This document shows, piece by piece, positions 11,950-25,000 of a stretch of 44,585 nucleotides of DNA. Every line of letters begins with the position of its first letter. The first letter of the stretch is position 1. The notes beneath the pieces are model-generated. The model was given only the letters and a program-made list of their open reading frames with translations, made no database searches and was not told where the DNA came from. This stretch comes from Phoronis australis (taxonomy: Eukaryota; Animalia; Phoronida): positions 1,062,592 to 1,107,176 of the forward strand of contig NMRA01000063.1 in the NCBI GenBank assembly GCA_002633005.1. Reading direction: 5' to 3'. Position numbers and translations under genes: made by a program.

Positions 11950-14223
11950 GGAAACCCGGTAAAAACAGATATCCCGTAGTCGAAAATTCCCGCACCTTCA
12001 AAACAGCCAGCAAGAAAAACACGAACTCCGATCTTTCAAACAGGAAACCCGGGGACCGATACACCACTCTCGCTCTTTCTGTCAAACATTGTTTGATGAA
12101 AAATAAATCTTCCTACTTTAAATAATTGTGATACGTTATTCTGCTGCTAAAGTTGTGGTGCGATCTTTTGCGTCGGCTTTCTGGGCCATAAAATATTGCA
12201 TCGCCTATTAGCTTGTATCTTTTTCCCCAATCCTTCAATCACTTGTTCTTCTTCCATGAGGTTGCGTACACATCACAACAAATTATCGGACCAGGTTTAA
12301 TTTCGTTTCAAGTTTTTAGTATTTTAATACCGGCAAACCGAATTTCAGAACAAATTTTGCCAAACAAAAAGTGTGAATGCGTTGAGTTCAGAAATTCCGA
12401 TTCCAAATTCCGTTTTAATGATCGACGAGGAGTTGATGTACACTTTTTTAGGGCAACACCGGTGAAATTGGTGACGGTGCAGGTCTTTTGAGTGAATAAT
12501 TCTCGCGGTCCATTTAAAAATTCGGAAACTGATTGTGTCGGAAATAATGTAGTCTCGACAAGTAAATCGATGAACCCTAAAGTGTGGACAATTGTAAAGA
12601 TTTTTAAAGGAATTAATCAGCATTGGCTCTAGAAAGTCGAAATACATTTTTTCATTTTTGAAAATATGTTTGGTAAGGAGAAATCATTGAATAATCTGAA
12701 ATTAACTAAAATATATTCACCGAGATTACAACGTGTTGAGAGTATAGATTATACATCAAAGGAGAACAGCAACAGCCCTACGTAAAGGAGTACACCGGCG
12801 CGACTTTTAAGCTGTTGTTACAAAAAACCCAGTGTTTTACGATATTCCTCCGTTCCAATGACCCAAAACTACGATGTCAAGTCTGTTCCAATATTTCCCG
12901 GCTCGATGATCCCTGGACCCGATGTTCCATGCCCCGTAGCTAACTGCGTGCACGTCTTTACCACTGCCGCCAATTTTCAATCAGTAACGCCGTAGATGTC
13001 TCAGACTAGAATGGTAAGAATTTTGTTCAGGCTGAAACTGCTCAATGTAGAAACAAAAATATTCGGAAAGCTAAAAGGCTAGGTGGATACGACAATTCAC
13101 AGTTACGCCTGTCGCAAGAAATCGTACTATACGGAACCTCCAGCGACTTTGGCGGAATCTGCTAACGCCAACTTGTCTAAGAAGCAATAAGCGAAAAACA
13201 AAATTTGACTTGCAGTTTTTTATTTCTTCAAGATGATACACAAACATCCAGCAACGTATTGCCAACCTTTGAATTCAGAAATCGAAAGACAGCAAATCGG
13301 CCAGCAAGGTACATTGTCCGTTCGGTCGCTACACATCCTCGATAACCTGGCAATTACACACACCATAATAGGGAGAATTTGACATCTTTCCGTGAGTTAT
13401 GGAAATTCTTCAAAGTACGAGATCTTCCTACCAAAAGCGAATTGGAAGGGTTGGCACTGTCACATTTCTCTGGCCCGATTTTTTTCGAATATAATTTTTA
13501 TCTAGTGCACTGCAGACAGAAACTCGACGCGGCAGAACGCGTCGCTAAAAGCGGAGGCATTGAAGCCGGCGGGGTTCTTAAACCTCGAGAACATGGGAAG
13601 AAAATAAATTGACAAAACGTTCAAGTATTATATTTTGAAGTAAATTCATGAACGGAGACAAGAATTCGTTACTTGTATTATAATTCACATTGCCAAACCG
13701 CCGGCTCGGAGGCCGTCGTTGCACTCTAGTTGTGATCATCGATCTAAAGTCGGGGAATCAATCGCGCGTTTGAGTAGCACTGGGCGCTAAGTCTTCAATC
13801 TTCAAAAATCGCAAATGGGCCGTTAACCGAGCAGTGGGCGGTTAAATCGAAAATCCACCTAAAGTAGGGGGTGGACGGTTGACTGAGCATGGGCGTTAAC
13901 CCGAACGTTTACGGTATGTTGACATTTGCCCGCAGACAAGTTGCATGAGTTTTACCGATAAAAATCAAATAGAAAACTCAACACGTTTTACTATTGACAA
14001 TTTTTAACAAACACGTGCAGAAAACAACTGGAAAGTACTTGAAGATGCTTTAACTTAAAGTGTGAGGCTAATGACATCGGTATCAGAAAATTTGAAAAAT
14101 TGTCCGGGTTTCCTGTCCGATTCCCGGGGTTCCTGTTTCAAAGGTCGGGGTTCGTGTTTTTCGGGCTGGTTAGCTGCGGGAGTGTTTTCGACTACGGGAT
14201 ATCTGTTTTACACCGAGGTTCCC
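11950..14223. repeat. Diverged ~110-bp inverted repeat pair (11950-12058 / 14118-14223); possible old TIR element
   Basis: aaaacagatatcccgtagtcgaaaa...aaaaacacgaac.ccga.cttt.aaacagga is found reverse-complemented at 14118-14223. Confidence 0.7.
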
Positions 14224-15820
14224 GTTTCGGTGGAACACTCTGGGTTTTAGAAACGAAAACTCATTTAATGTTACTGCTGGATGCGATGAACGTCTTGACT
14301 GACCAGAGGTATAGGACGTGATAAATCGTTTTTCGCGACGTTCTCGTGTCTAACAAACCCACGCTTGGCATTTTTGAACCTGAAGTTACGCCAAAATGTT
14401 ATTTGTATTATTTTGTGCATTGTGCTTAACACACTTCTAATGTGCGCAAAACGTGTTCTCACCTCAAGATGGTCCATAGCCAATAAAACGAAACGTCTTG
14501 TTTATGATGATTTTCTTTATTATTGCGGTTATTTTGAATTCTTAAGAAGACGATTAGTGTACAAATAAATATTTACAAATAACTAACCTACTATGAAAAA
14601 TAAAAATGAAGACAAGGGGCAATTTAGTAACCAAGTGCTCCAGAAACTTGTGGAGAGCTTAATAAAGATTTTGTCCAAAATCCTCAAACAATTTAAAGGA
14701 TGAAGCGCTGAAATTGCACATGTCAGTGAAGGCGTTTGCCCATTTCACTGGTTCGTGCATTTTTGTATCCATACTACGGAAAATCAATTGCACTCGACGG
14801 TTGTTTGCACTGGAATGCGATCGAACGGATCAGAATGAAACAGACAAATTAAGCAAACTAAACTGAAAATCCATAGTGAAACTAGAGAATGACATAGTAT
14901 GAACATTATAAAACACTTCCTTCTCACTGTATTCTTAAACTTCCACAACATTGATTGCCAAGTAACGTTGGTTGCCTAGAAACGTTGGCTGCCAAGTAAC
15001 CTAGTTCAGACATTCGCAATTCCAATGATGTTTTAAGACCACATTGCGCAAATACTTACAAATGATCGTTTTGTAGCAGCCGTACCATGTTCGATCGCTT
15101 CAGACCACGTACCTTAATAAGCACCGACGATGTTTTTGTGCGCCCTAAGAAATGCTACACAGCACACTCAAACATGCCGATAGCTCAGTCAATAGCAGGC
15201 CTGCAGCAACGTAAAATATAACGCTGGTACACATGATTGATGTCTTCTCCCGGTCATCACCACTTCCTTTCTCGACAATAATAGCAAATTAGGAACTAAT
15301 TCTAAAAATATATGTGAGTTATGAATAACGAAAATGAACTTTTTTCTCGATAATTGACGTGGTAATTGGACAGGAGTGTCTGTTTTGAACGTGTTTGCAA
15401 TCAGCACATGATATCATCAAGGAGTCCACTTTACTCTTTTCGGTGACTCGAAAGATTGATCAGGAATGTAGTGCATCTGACAACATGATTTCAATAGAAT
15501 CTTATTCTATTGACGGTCATAATTCCTTACAACAACACATATTCACTACAGCAAAAAAAAACACTAAACAGAAGGTGGGCGACACGTCCAACGAGTACTT
15601 ATTGCATTTTGGTCGCTAATCTACAGTTACACAGTAAGTGTACAACTGTACTTTTGTAACAAATAGAGGAGATCACCAGTGAACTCCTTTATAGCTAGCA
15701 AATTATGCTTAGCGTTTACATAAAATGACCGATCACACCGACAACGTCCAGTTTCTCCAACACTTGCACTTCACCAAGTGTTACTGAGTTTATAGAAAAA
15801 TCACTACCTGTTTCTGCAAC

Positions 15821-15826
15821 TTTATT
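15821..15826 (-). promoter_or_regulatory. Candidate polyadenylation signal AATAAA of the PKG gene
   Basis: tttatt on + lies ~120 nt downstream of the PKG stop; motif only, no transcript evidence. Confidence 0.3.
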
Positions 15827-15947
15827 GCGATTCCTTATAGAAATACTGTGATAAGCATATCCTGTACAAATTTAAACCAACGGCGTCAGCCAGACCAGTC
15901 TACATCGCATCCCGAGGTTTCAACGGCGCAGACGTCAGCCAAACCAG

Positions 15948-16043
15948 TCAAAAGTCAACATCCCATCCCGAGGTTTCATCGGGCGGCATCTCATTCTCTT
16001 TTGGATAGTTATCAAAGTTGCTGTGATCGGTTGGACCTCGCAC
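15948..16043 (-). CDS. PRKG: PKG terminal coding exon (96 nt including stop)
   Basis: tttctctag|; [31 protein letters not shown]. Confidence 0.95.
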   Translation of the reverse strand: MRGPTDHSNFDNYPKENEMPPDETSGWDVDF

Positions 16044-19000
16044 CTAGAGAAATAGGACGTACAGTTCAAATGACAATGACGCACTGTCAGGAGCTCTATT
16101 AGTTAGTGTACTGATATTTGTACTTTTTTAATGCATTACTTGATCAAACGATCTGTGTTTCTACTCAAAGCTGAGGTAGAACTCATCATACATTCAAAAA
16201 AAGTTGTTCCTCTGCAGATGTGACACAGTACCTAATTTTTCCTACTTTTGCAGTTTTTAAGCATCTTATATAATGCGGCCATACCATATTTATACAAATT
16301 TGACACCATCATTGAGATTTTCTTTAAGGTTTAGCGCCAAGTTTTCGGAACTGGATTCAATAAATTTTCATGAAATTTAGTCTTAAAGTAGGTTTTTCGT
16401 AAACAATGTACCCTTTAAAGGCATGTTCACATATACAAATAAACCGGAACACAGTGAATGAGAAAATGTAACTCAGATGTGCCTGCCCTGAATACTTTAG
16501 ATGGCCATGCTTATAGCAATGCTTGACCTTGATGCTACACAACTCATAACAAAATTCCTAAAAAAGGAGAGAATGGACTATCCAAAGCTACATTGCGCTG
16601 ATTTAGTAATAGTACTAATAGTACTAATAGTACTAATAGTACTAATAGTACTAATAGTACTAATAGTACTAATAGTACTAATAGTACTAATAGTACTAAT
16701 AGTACTAATAGTACTATAGGGATATCATGTTTCACTCCCACCCTCACAAAAACCGAGTCGTGAATAAGGCAAATTGACATGTCTCGTTTTTTGCAAATCA
16801 TATCACGGTGTGAACTGAACGGAATGGTGCCCAAAAGTGTCATTCTTGGCTTAATAAAGCGCTTCAATCTTATTTTTACCTTACTATGAAGGTGTCCAGC
16901 GTTTAACGAAAAATTAACTCAATAGCTAAACGACACTACCGCCTGATCTCGCCTTTATGTCAGTTCGTGTTTTCAGCATATCCGTTGCAGGGCTTTGCTT
17001 ATATCTTTGCAACCGACATAGCAGATCTTAGACAGGTAGGTAAAATCTAAGGCAGACTAACACTACTAGGATAGTCTAAAATTCCTACAGGCGACGCAAG
17101 TCAACCCTGGGGTTATTTGTTTACATGCAACATGGCTTTCTTATGAGTGATAAATCAATAAACATCAACAAGCTGGCAACAGTATTGCTTTGGAGAGGAA
17201 AAGTCGCCTTTAGAGAGGAGATGTGATAACAAGAGACCACAAAACGAAAAACAAACCTTGGGTCTAATAGGTGGCAGCATAGTCTGGTTTGCAAGGCCAT
17301 CCCAGTCAAACCCTTGGAACCATCTATAAGAAAAGTAAGACTTCTTAGTCTTAGTCTGGTTACATCACCTGGCCTAAAGCTAAGCCTGAAAAGACCTCTT
17401 TCCCAACTGGGGCTCGCCGGCACATATGAACATGCTACAACAGTAAACCACGGTTCAACTTCAAGGTACCCAAACTACACGGTCAACGGACTCATAAACA
17501 CGGTCACGGACGCATGAAAACGACTCACGGACCTGCAAACACCGTCCACTGACTCACAAACACGGGAACAGACTCACAAAACACGATCCACGAACCCAAA
17601 TACACGGGACACGGACTCATATTCACGAGGAAACACGGTTAACGGACCGCCAAACACGGTGTATGGACAAAATGGAGATGTCAGCTGACCCAGGAAGCCG
17701 ATGAGTCCGTGACCCGTGTATTTGGGTGCGTGGATCGTGTTGTGTCCGTTCCCGTGTTTGTGAGTCAGTGGACGGTGTTTGCAGGTCCGTGAGTCGTGTT
17801 CATGCGTCCGCGACCGTGTTTATGAGCCCGTTGACCGTGTAGTTTAGGTACTTTGAACCTACGTGTACACAGGTATCAAAATTACTTATGTACTCATGTA
17901 TACTTGTTGTAAGTAGCCTTGTGCAAGGCATACACACATGGTTGGTCTTCGCCATTAACAAGAATGGAACAGCGAGGATCCTTGAATAAGGCAATCTACA
18001 CAATGAACAAGAAAGGAATGGGACCTAAGTGGCTGTTTGCATAAAACAGGGTGATTCAGCTAAGTTCACTGAGTTTACAACGCTTTTGTGGACTTCGTTT
18101 ACTCACTAATGTTACATTTTTCTATCACTTCGTTTTGGTTCTAAGCTCATCTTACTTGTGACATTTTCTAATGATAATAATTTCCGAAAACTGAGCACTT
18201 ATTTCAAAAAAATAAATGTGGATTAAGTCTTTATAAATAAATCAGCGTATAGCTTACTCTCGGTATTTATCAAATATAATAATAAAGTTAATAACGAAGA
18301 TAAAATAGCAGAAGAACGTTTGCACAAAGTTCACAAACACGCTGACAATTAAGGAAATATACTCATGCGGCAGGCCACGGAGTCCTTGAATAAGTAATAT
18401 ACTTCGGTCACTTTCATTATTAGCAAGAAATAGAAAGTGCGTACTTGTGTTTCTTGATGTCCACAATACCGTTCTTCTGATACCCAAGACGTTCTGTGGG
18501 ATTCTCTTTGCATAATTTCTTGATAAGACTCAAAGCCGGCTTTCCGATTTTCTTTGGAAAATCGACATGTTCTATTCCCTTGAGAATGATGTTGTATGTC
18601 TTCATCGGGTCTGGTGCTGCGAAAGGTGGACTGAAAAAGAGTCAACGTTCAACTAATTCATTGTCCGGATCTTCACCATCAATGTCCCAAGCAGCCCCAA
18701 TTAGGTCAAGCCAAAGTCGCGAACTTTAAACAGGAATACATCAAGTTAGCAGCAGCGAATGTTTGTGTTGGAGCAATCGATGAATTCCATTCAGTCATGG
18801 CGTGTAATTAAGATCGCCAACTCACCGCATTAGTAAACAAATCAAAACGAAGGTTTTTATCGCAAAATAATGGTTTTCAAAATCGTACTCCATGGGGCTG
18901 ACTGACTGATGACAACACGACCATAGGCCCCTATTATCATCATCATCACCACAACACTACCATGAAGATTGCCACCTTCATACTCATCGCTATCAGCATC

Positions 19001-22000
19001 GTTATAGCAGTCGTAATAGTCATCATTTTCAGCACTATGATCACATCACTAACATCAACATGGCTGTCATCATCACGGTCATTACTAATGACAGTCATCA
19101 CTATTATCATCCTCACCGTAATCAGCGCACGCAACACTATCATCAGCATCAACATGGCTGTAATCATCACGGTCATTACTAATGACAGTCATCGCCATTA
19201 CCATCCTTATCACGATCAACACATTATTATCATCAATACCAAAGTCGTCATCATATTCATGGTCATCGTCATCCCCGTCATCACTATTGCTATTAGCATT
19301 AAAACTATTCTTGTGACGAAGTCAATAGTATTGGCCTGTACGCCTTGACGAGCATCTCAATGTCTGGCAGGAAACTTAAGTTTTATTATTTAACATAACG
19401 CAATACAAAATAACGTAAATGTACTGTAATATTACATAAAATAATATAATATTATTCAGTATAGTATACTACAAAACAACCTTCCACACAAATAATTAAG
19501 ATGGCTTGTATAAATAGGCGAAACATACCTGCCAGTAAGAAGTTCAAACATTAATATGCCTAAGGACCAATAGTCGACAGAGTGGTCATGGCCCCTGTTT
19601 AGAATGATTTCTGGTGCCACATACTCTGGTGTACCACAGAACGTCCACGTCTTCTTACCCCGTCCTATTCTCTTGGCAAATCCGAAATCCACCTATAGGA
19701 TACAGTTAAAGCTAATGTCAAGTACTCCGATTTGGTGGATAAACTTGCGAAAATGAGGCACCTTCATTTTTAAGTACTTGAAGATAAACAAGAGCAACGC
19801 AAAACGCTGAACTGTACCGCAAAAACGCTGAACTTTACCGCAAAACGCTGAACTGTACCGCAAAACGCTGAACTGTACCGCAAAACGCTGAACTTTACCG
19901 CAGACGGATTCTAAGGAACTTCATTAGTATCATGTAATTTTTTCAATTATTCTGATTTTGGCTGAATCAAAATATATAATGATATCGTAAATTGGTCCGG
20001 GAATCGCCTGACATATACATTCTTTAGTCAAGTTTCATCAAAATATGTCAAGCCGTTATAACAACAACCGACGGACGAGGAAAATCTTGTGGACAACTAA
20101 AATTGTCGATAGGAGGCCTTAGGGCAGTCCAGTCCGAACCCAAGGAGACTGCCAATAATACTGCAGCAGTTTCATTAGACTAAAATGTTGTTTCTACTGG
20201 CGGCAGCGCATTCCCATTACTTACCTCTGCGGTTAAATTTTGGCAGGGTTCGTCAAGTCATTTTTTATGAAAACAACGGCCTACGGCTACAGGGGTTACA
20301 CGGTGGTCGAATCCATCCGAATCTCGATTGGTGCCGGCGCATCCCCGCTTAAAAAACTTCGTCGTCATCTGTCGAGTGGTTTTCGAGAAAATCGATGGAT
20401 GAACACAACGACGGACGGACGGCGCACGACGGACGACGCACGACGGACGACACACGACGGATGACACAGATGCACGACAGACGGATGAGATGCTGACTAC
20501 ATGCGACCACAAAAGTGTTTTGGGCGCATAAAAATGGCACGTAGCTGTACCTGCTACTTACCAGTTTTACGTATCCTCGGCTACTTAGCAGAAGGTTTTC
20601 CGGTTTTAAATCTCGATACACAATTCCCTTGCCATGCAAGTAGCTGAAGGCCTCCACAACACATCCGACACAAAACCTCGATGTAGTGTCATCGAAGTTG
20701 CCACAATCTCTCAGTATAGTCCACAGTTCACCTCCCAAACAGACTTCCATTAACATATATACGTATTTGTTGTCCTTGTAAGTCTTGTACAGTCTGAAAT
20801 AGTAAGTAGAGTTATTTGGGAGACGTGCTTAAACCCGAAAGCAACCCGCCTTCCATGTGAAACACCTTTTTATTCAGACCCTCACTTGATTTCAACATGT
20901 TCTTTAACAATACTCGAGAAGTGATTCCTGGTTTTTGAAAACCAGACAGAAGCTCGTTGCTTAAGACCATAGTCTATGCGCCACGGCAACAAGTCAAGAA
21001 AGTAAGCCTGGTCTCGAGCAATAACCAACTGCTTCCAGTTGTTTCCAAGCATAGAAATCACTTCTAATTTGAGTAAGCACAATTTGACATCAGTTAAATA
21101 ACGCTTAGTTGTCTAGATCAACAGTTGGATTCTTCCTGACAGTTGGAGAATGAAACAAGAAGGAGTGTTTCGAAATATCGTGTTTGATCAACCTATGTGT
21201 CTTGGTCAAGTCTTGTAAAATTATCCACTGAGATGGTGATCACTGTTTCGGAAGTATGACAGAAACGAAACACAAATCACCAATAATGAAACAGGTTGTG
21301 TGTTCAACGGATTTTGCATTTCTGACAGTGAGAGAGCATTAGTATTTACAGCTGGACAGCTGAACACAATGCAACGCGGAAGATTTGACGTTGAATGTCG
21401 ATCTATTGATAATTAGATGGACATAAAATGCTAAAGAATGAAAATTCGTGATAGTGATACACGGATGGGGAGGGGGGCAGGATGCATGGCGCCCCCTACT
21501 AACAAGACCAAAACACACTGTAGCACGCTCTTTTAAGGGATCACGCAGACATTATTGTAGTTGAGTCCTTCCCCTTACGACAGTCTAGATCAGCTAGTGG
21601 TTATTTACAATGACAAGTTCATTAGAACATAGAAACGTCATCTTCTTAGAAACACCACGAAACGAAGTTCGAAGCAAATAATGTTCTTTCAAGACTGCAT
21701 CATTTTTGAAATATGAACAAAATTAAGTAATAAAATTAATTTGATGTCTGATTCTCTGACGGAGCATCACCAAACTGATCGCCATAGTTGAGTGACTCTT
21801 TTAACAACTTAAGAAAAAAATCATAGTAAAAAACAAAGAAACGCAAATGCATATAGGGATGAAATTTACGAAATGTTGCTATTCAAGTGATATCTTTTGA
21901 GTTGAGAATCAACTATGCACCGGTGAAAATGAAATACAGTCACAATATATATAGGTAGCAATGAAGCTTGTCACGAACGGTTGGCATTTATCATGTTCTA

Positions 22001-25000
22001 CGGCTGACTCTTGGGAAGTAATTTTGTTGGCAATACAGCAGTGGCAACTTGAGCCGTAGTTCTTACAACGGTAGCAAACAAAATTCCAAACACAGCTGAA
22101 AACCAGTAGTACTGACTCAAACATCCGGCTATGTACGTGCACAACCTTGCGTGATGTATGCACTCACCGTAATTGCAGTAAATTTTTGACAATGATCAGT
22201 TTTCCACACTCATTCACAGTCAAAACAATGTTTAAAACTCAGCAGCATACAACTTTCGAAGAACGCATTTTTTACGACGCCACTTGCTTCGATACACCGG
22301 AGTGTGCACAAAATGACGTCAACACGATAACACTTAATGCACTGTTTTGCTATCTGCGAACCTGAATCACTCAGAATACGTCAGCTTCTATGCACTTTGC
22401 AGGCGGAGGATGTTTAGGAAACCGCCTTCCTCGTGAAATATTATTGCAACTAAACGCCCTCTAATGGTACTATCTGCCAGCAATTATACTTTAAAATAAG
22501 CAAGGGCTGCCACCTAAGGCAATGACTTGCACATGCAGCCATTTTTTTTCTCTAATGACACAGAAACAGTGAGTTACATCTCATAATTAAGAAATTCTAA
22601 CCCACAATTCAACATTCCAACGTCACCGACCAATCACTTCAGTTGTCGACATTTTGCTAAGTTACGCTAATAATGTCTAGAGCATACTCGCGAAATACTA
22701 GTCTTTAACTCCCGTGATTTGGTGTGGCATTATGTGACCTCGCCTTTCTCGTAAGAAGCTTGGTCTACGCGACTCTACTCAGATTGAATGTTAAAACTGC
22801 GTTTCCATGTTATTTAGCCGCCAAGAAAACAAAAAATGAATGACGCCACTTTAGCTCACCAGGTATCACGTTTTGGGATGGCAAACCCTCAAGTTGCGAA
22901 TTCGAAAATGGCACATGTACGCAAGGCCATTGACATGTGATACGCGCTCATTGGTCAACAATTTAGTAGTGAATGAGCGTAGTAATGCTAGTAATCCTTA
23001 ATGTGCCTTGTTTAAGAATTCAACGTTTACAAGTTATTAACGGGGAATGCTCCTTTACTGTTTGTGCGCGTATTTAAGTCAATGCATCTGTATTCAAAGC
23101 TGCGCCAATATCCGGAATTAGGTGCATGCGCATGTATGCCAATCGTTACATTAAAACCATGCTTCAAAATGATACGCGGAACACGGCATTTATTTTTAAT
23201 ATCTTCAGCTATTTGGCTCCTGGAATATAGTGAAGAGTCTTGTAGGCTCGTATAATAAGCCAAGATGTAAGAGCATGTATTTAATTTAAAACTAACATTT
23301 AGGTTTTACTGTGACGTTTAATTAAGTGGTTCAAATCAATTAAACTGATGTCAAACTTTAATTTCCTTCCAAATATGAGACACTATTCAGGCCTCGTTCT
23401 ATAAGTAATGAAGTAGTTTTTCATACTTTCCGAATATGAACACAATAAAACCAATTTTGCAATACTAAGTCCCTGAACTGGACTGTTGTATAACACTGCT
23501 ACTAGCTGCAAAACAAATTACACGTGAGCCTAACCGCACGTGATGTTTTAGTTACACCATAGACATATTAGTACTATAGACCGGGCGCACGCGCTACTGC
23601 AGCTGACAGCTTGACGCCATATTGGAGGGTGCTACTAGTCACGTGACACGGCTAATTGCCGTGTAAATGAACGGGGCAAATTGTCCTTTTCAAAGCGCGA
23701 TTTCTAACAAATAAAGAGGATGAAGAGTTTACATTTTTCCAGAAACACACAAAAACATGTGATGTAGCAATTGCATGCGTGTTTTAAGAGTTAATCAGTC
23801 GATAGGGAAAATATCAAACTATTAGAAGATCGCAACCGGTGGCAGATTCTCCGGAGTGGCCTGAGCGGCTGCACGCCTGTCAATCTACTGCGAGCGTTTT
23901 ATTTTTTTCGTTTTTTTCCAGAGAAACCACTAAGATCGCGCAATTTTATCATTTAATTCGTGTCACTAGATGCAAATACATTATATCCGGGAGACGTGCC
24001 GCTCACTCGGGACGTACTTGCGTGGTGCCCTAATAGGCCTTTTTATAGAGTGTTGAACAATGATCTCAGGTAACTTTCTAAAATCAAAATATGACCCGGG
24101 TGACTTTTAATGGGGTCTAAATTTAATGTGAACTACTGTGAAAAATGACCTCATTGGGGTCATATAAATAAATGACAGGTTTTTAAAGTTCATTAATTAG
24201 GGCGTTCTCCCGTTCAGTACAGCGGTTGTGAGCGTGTGATAACATCTAGCTCCTTTGTTAAATGCCGAGCATAGCCTTTTGTCTGGTAAGACAACAAGCA
24301 GATAAATTATCTACCAGGCTTATAACCGATCACATGTGAACACAGTCAAACCCAGCGACGTCGGTATGTTCGGACAGAATAGACTGTCTTCACTTCGAGT
24401 GTAGTTGGGCGATTTTGGTGATTCAAAAACTATAAGCTTAATCAGTATTTGATGGGCAATTCAATTGGTTTATGTCGAAAAATTTTATAACTTAACTTAT
24501 TTTTAACAGCACAGCCCTGTGAGGATAAAAGATACGATCTTATGAGATTAGAGTAATTATTGAACAAAAGAGAGCTGACCCTACAACCTTAATTGCCAGA
24601 ATGGACTTTATCAGTCGTCAGTGTAAGATATTGGCTGTAGCGGTCATCCGCCCAACTTGTTGTGATATACAATTCAACAAGTAACGGGAGAACGCCGTAA
24701 TGTAAAAAGCAAAAAAAAACAGATTCGGTTCCTTTCCTGTGCATCGCTCGGAATTGCCAACGTACAAATATTCTTCTCTCACGCACGGTATTTCTCTCAC
24801 ACGGATCTGAAGAGCCCCCGATCAAGCACCAGGCACTTGTTGGCGTTTAGTAGTATCCCCACACCGTGTAAGTGTGTGCTCTCAAAGAGATCAGCCACGC
24901 TCCCACGAACCATTCCTGTCTATCCCCGCCCTTAATCTGATATACGTACTCCACGACCCTCAGCCGAGAAATTTCAAATAAATTCTTCTCTCACGCACGC

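Noticed and set aside
16501-16867. Poly-IVL / poly-LVL 'transmembrane' ORFs
   Set aside because: Translation of the 9-bp tandem repeat.
18946-19348. Hydrophobic Ile/Met/Thr-rich ORFs
   Set aside because: Degenerate (ATC)n low-complexity intron sequence.
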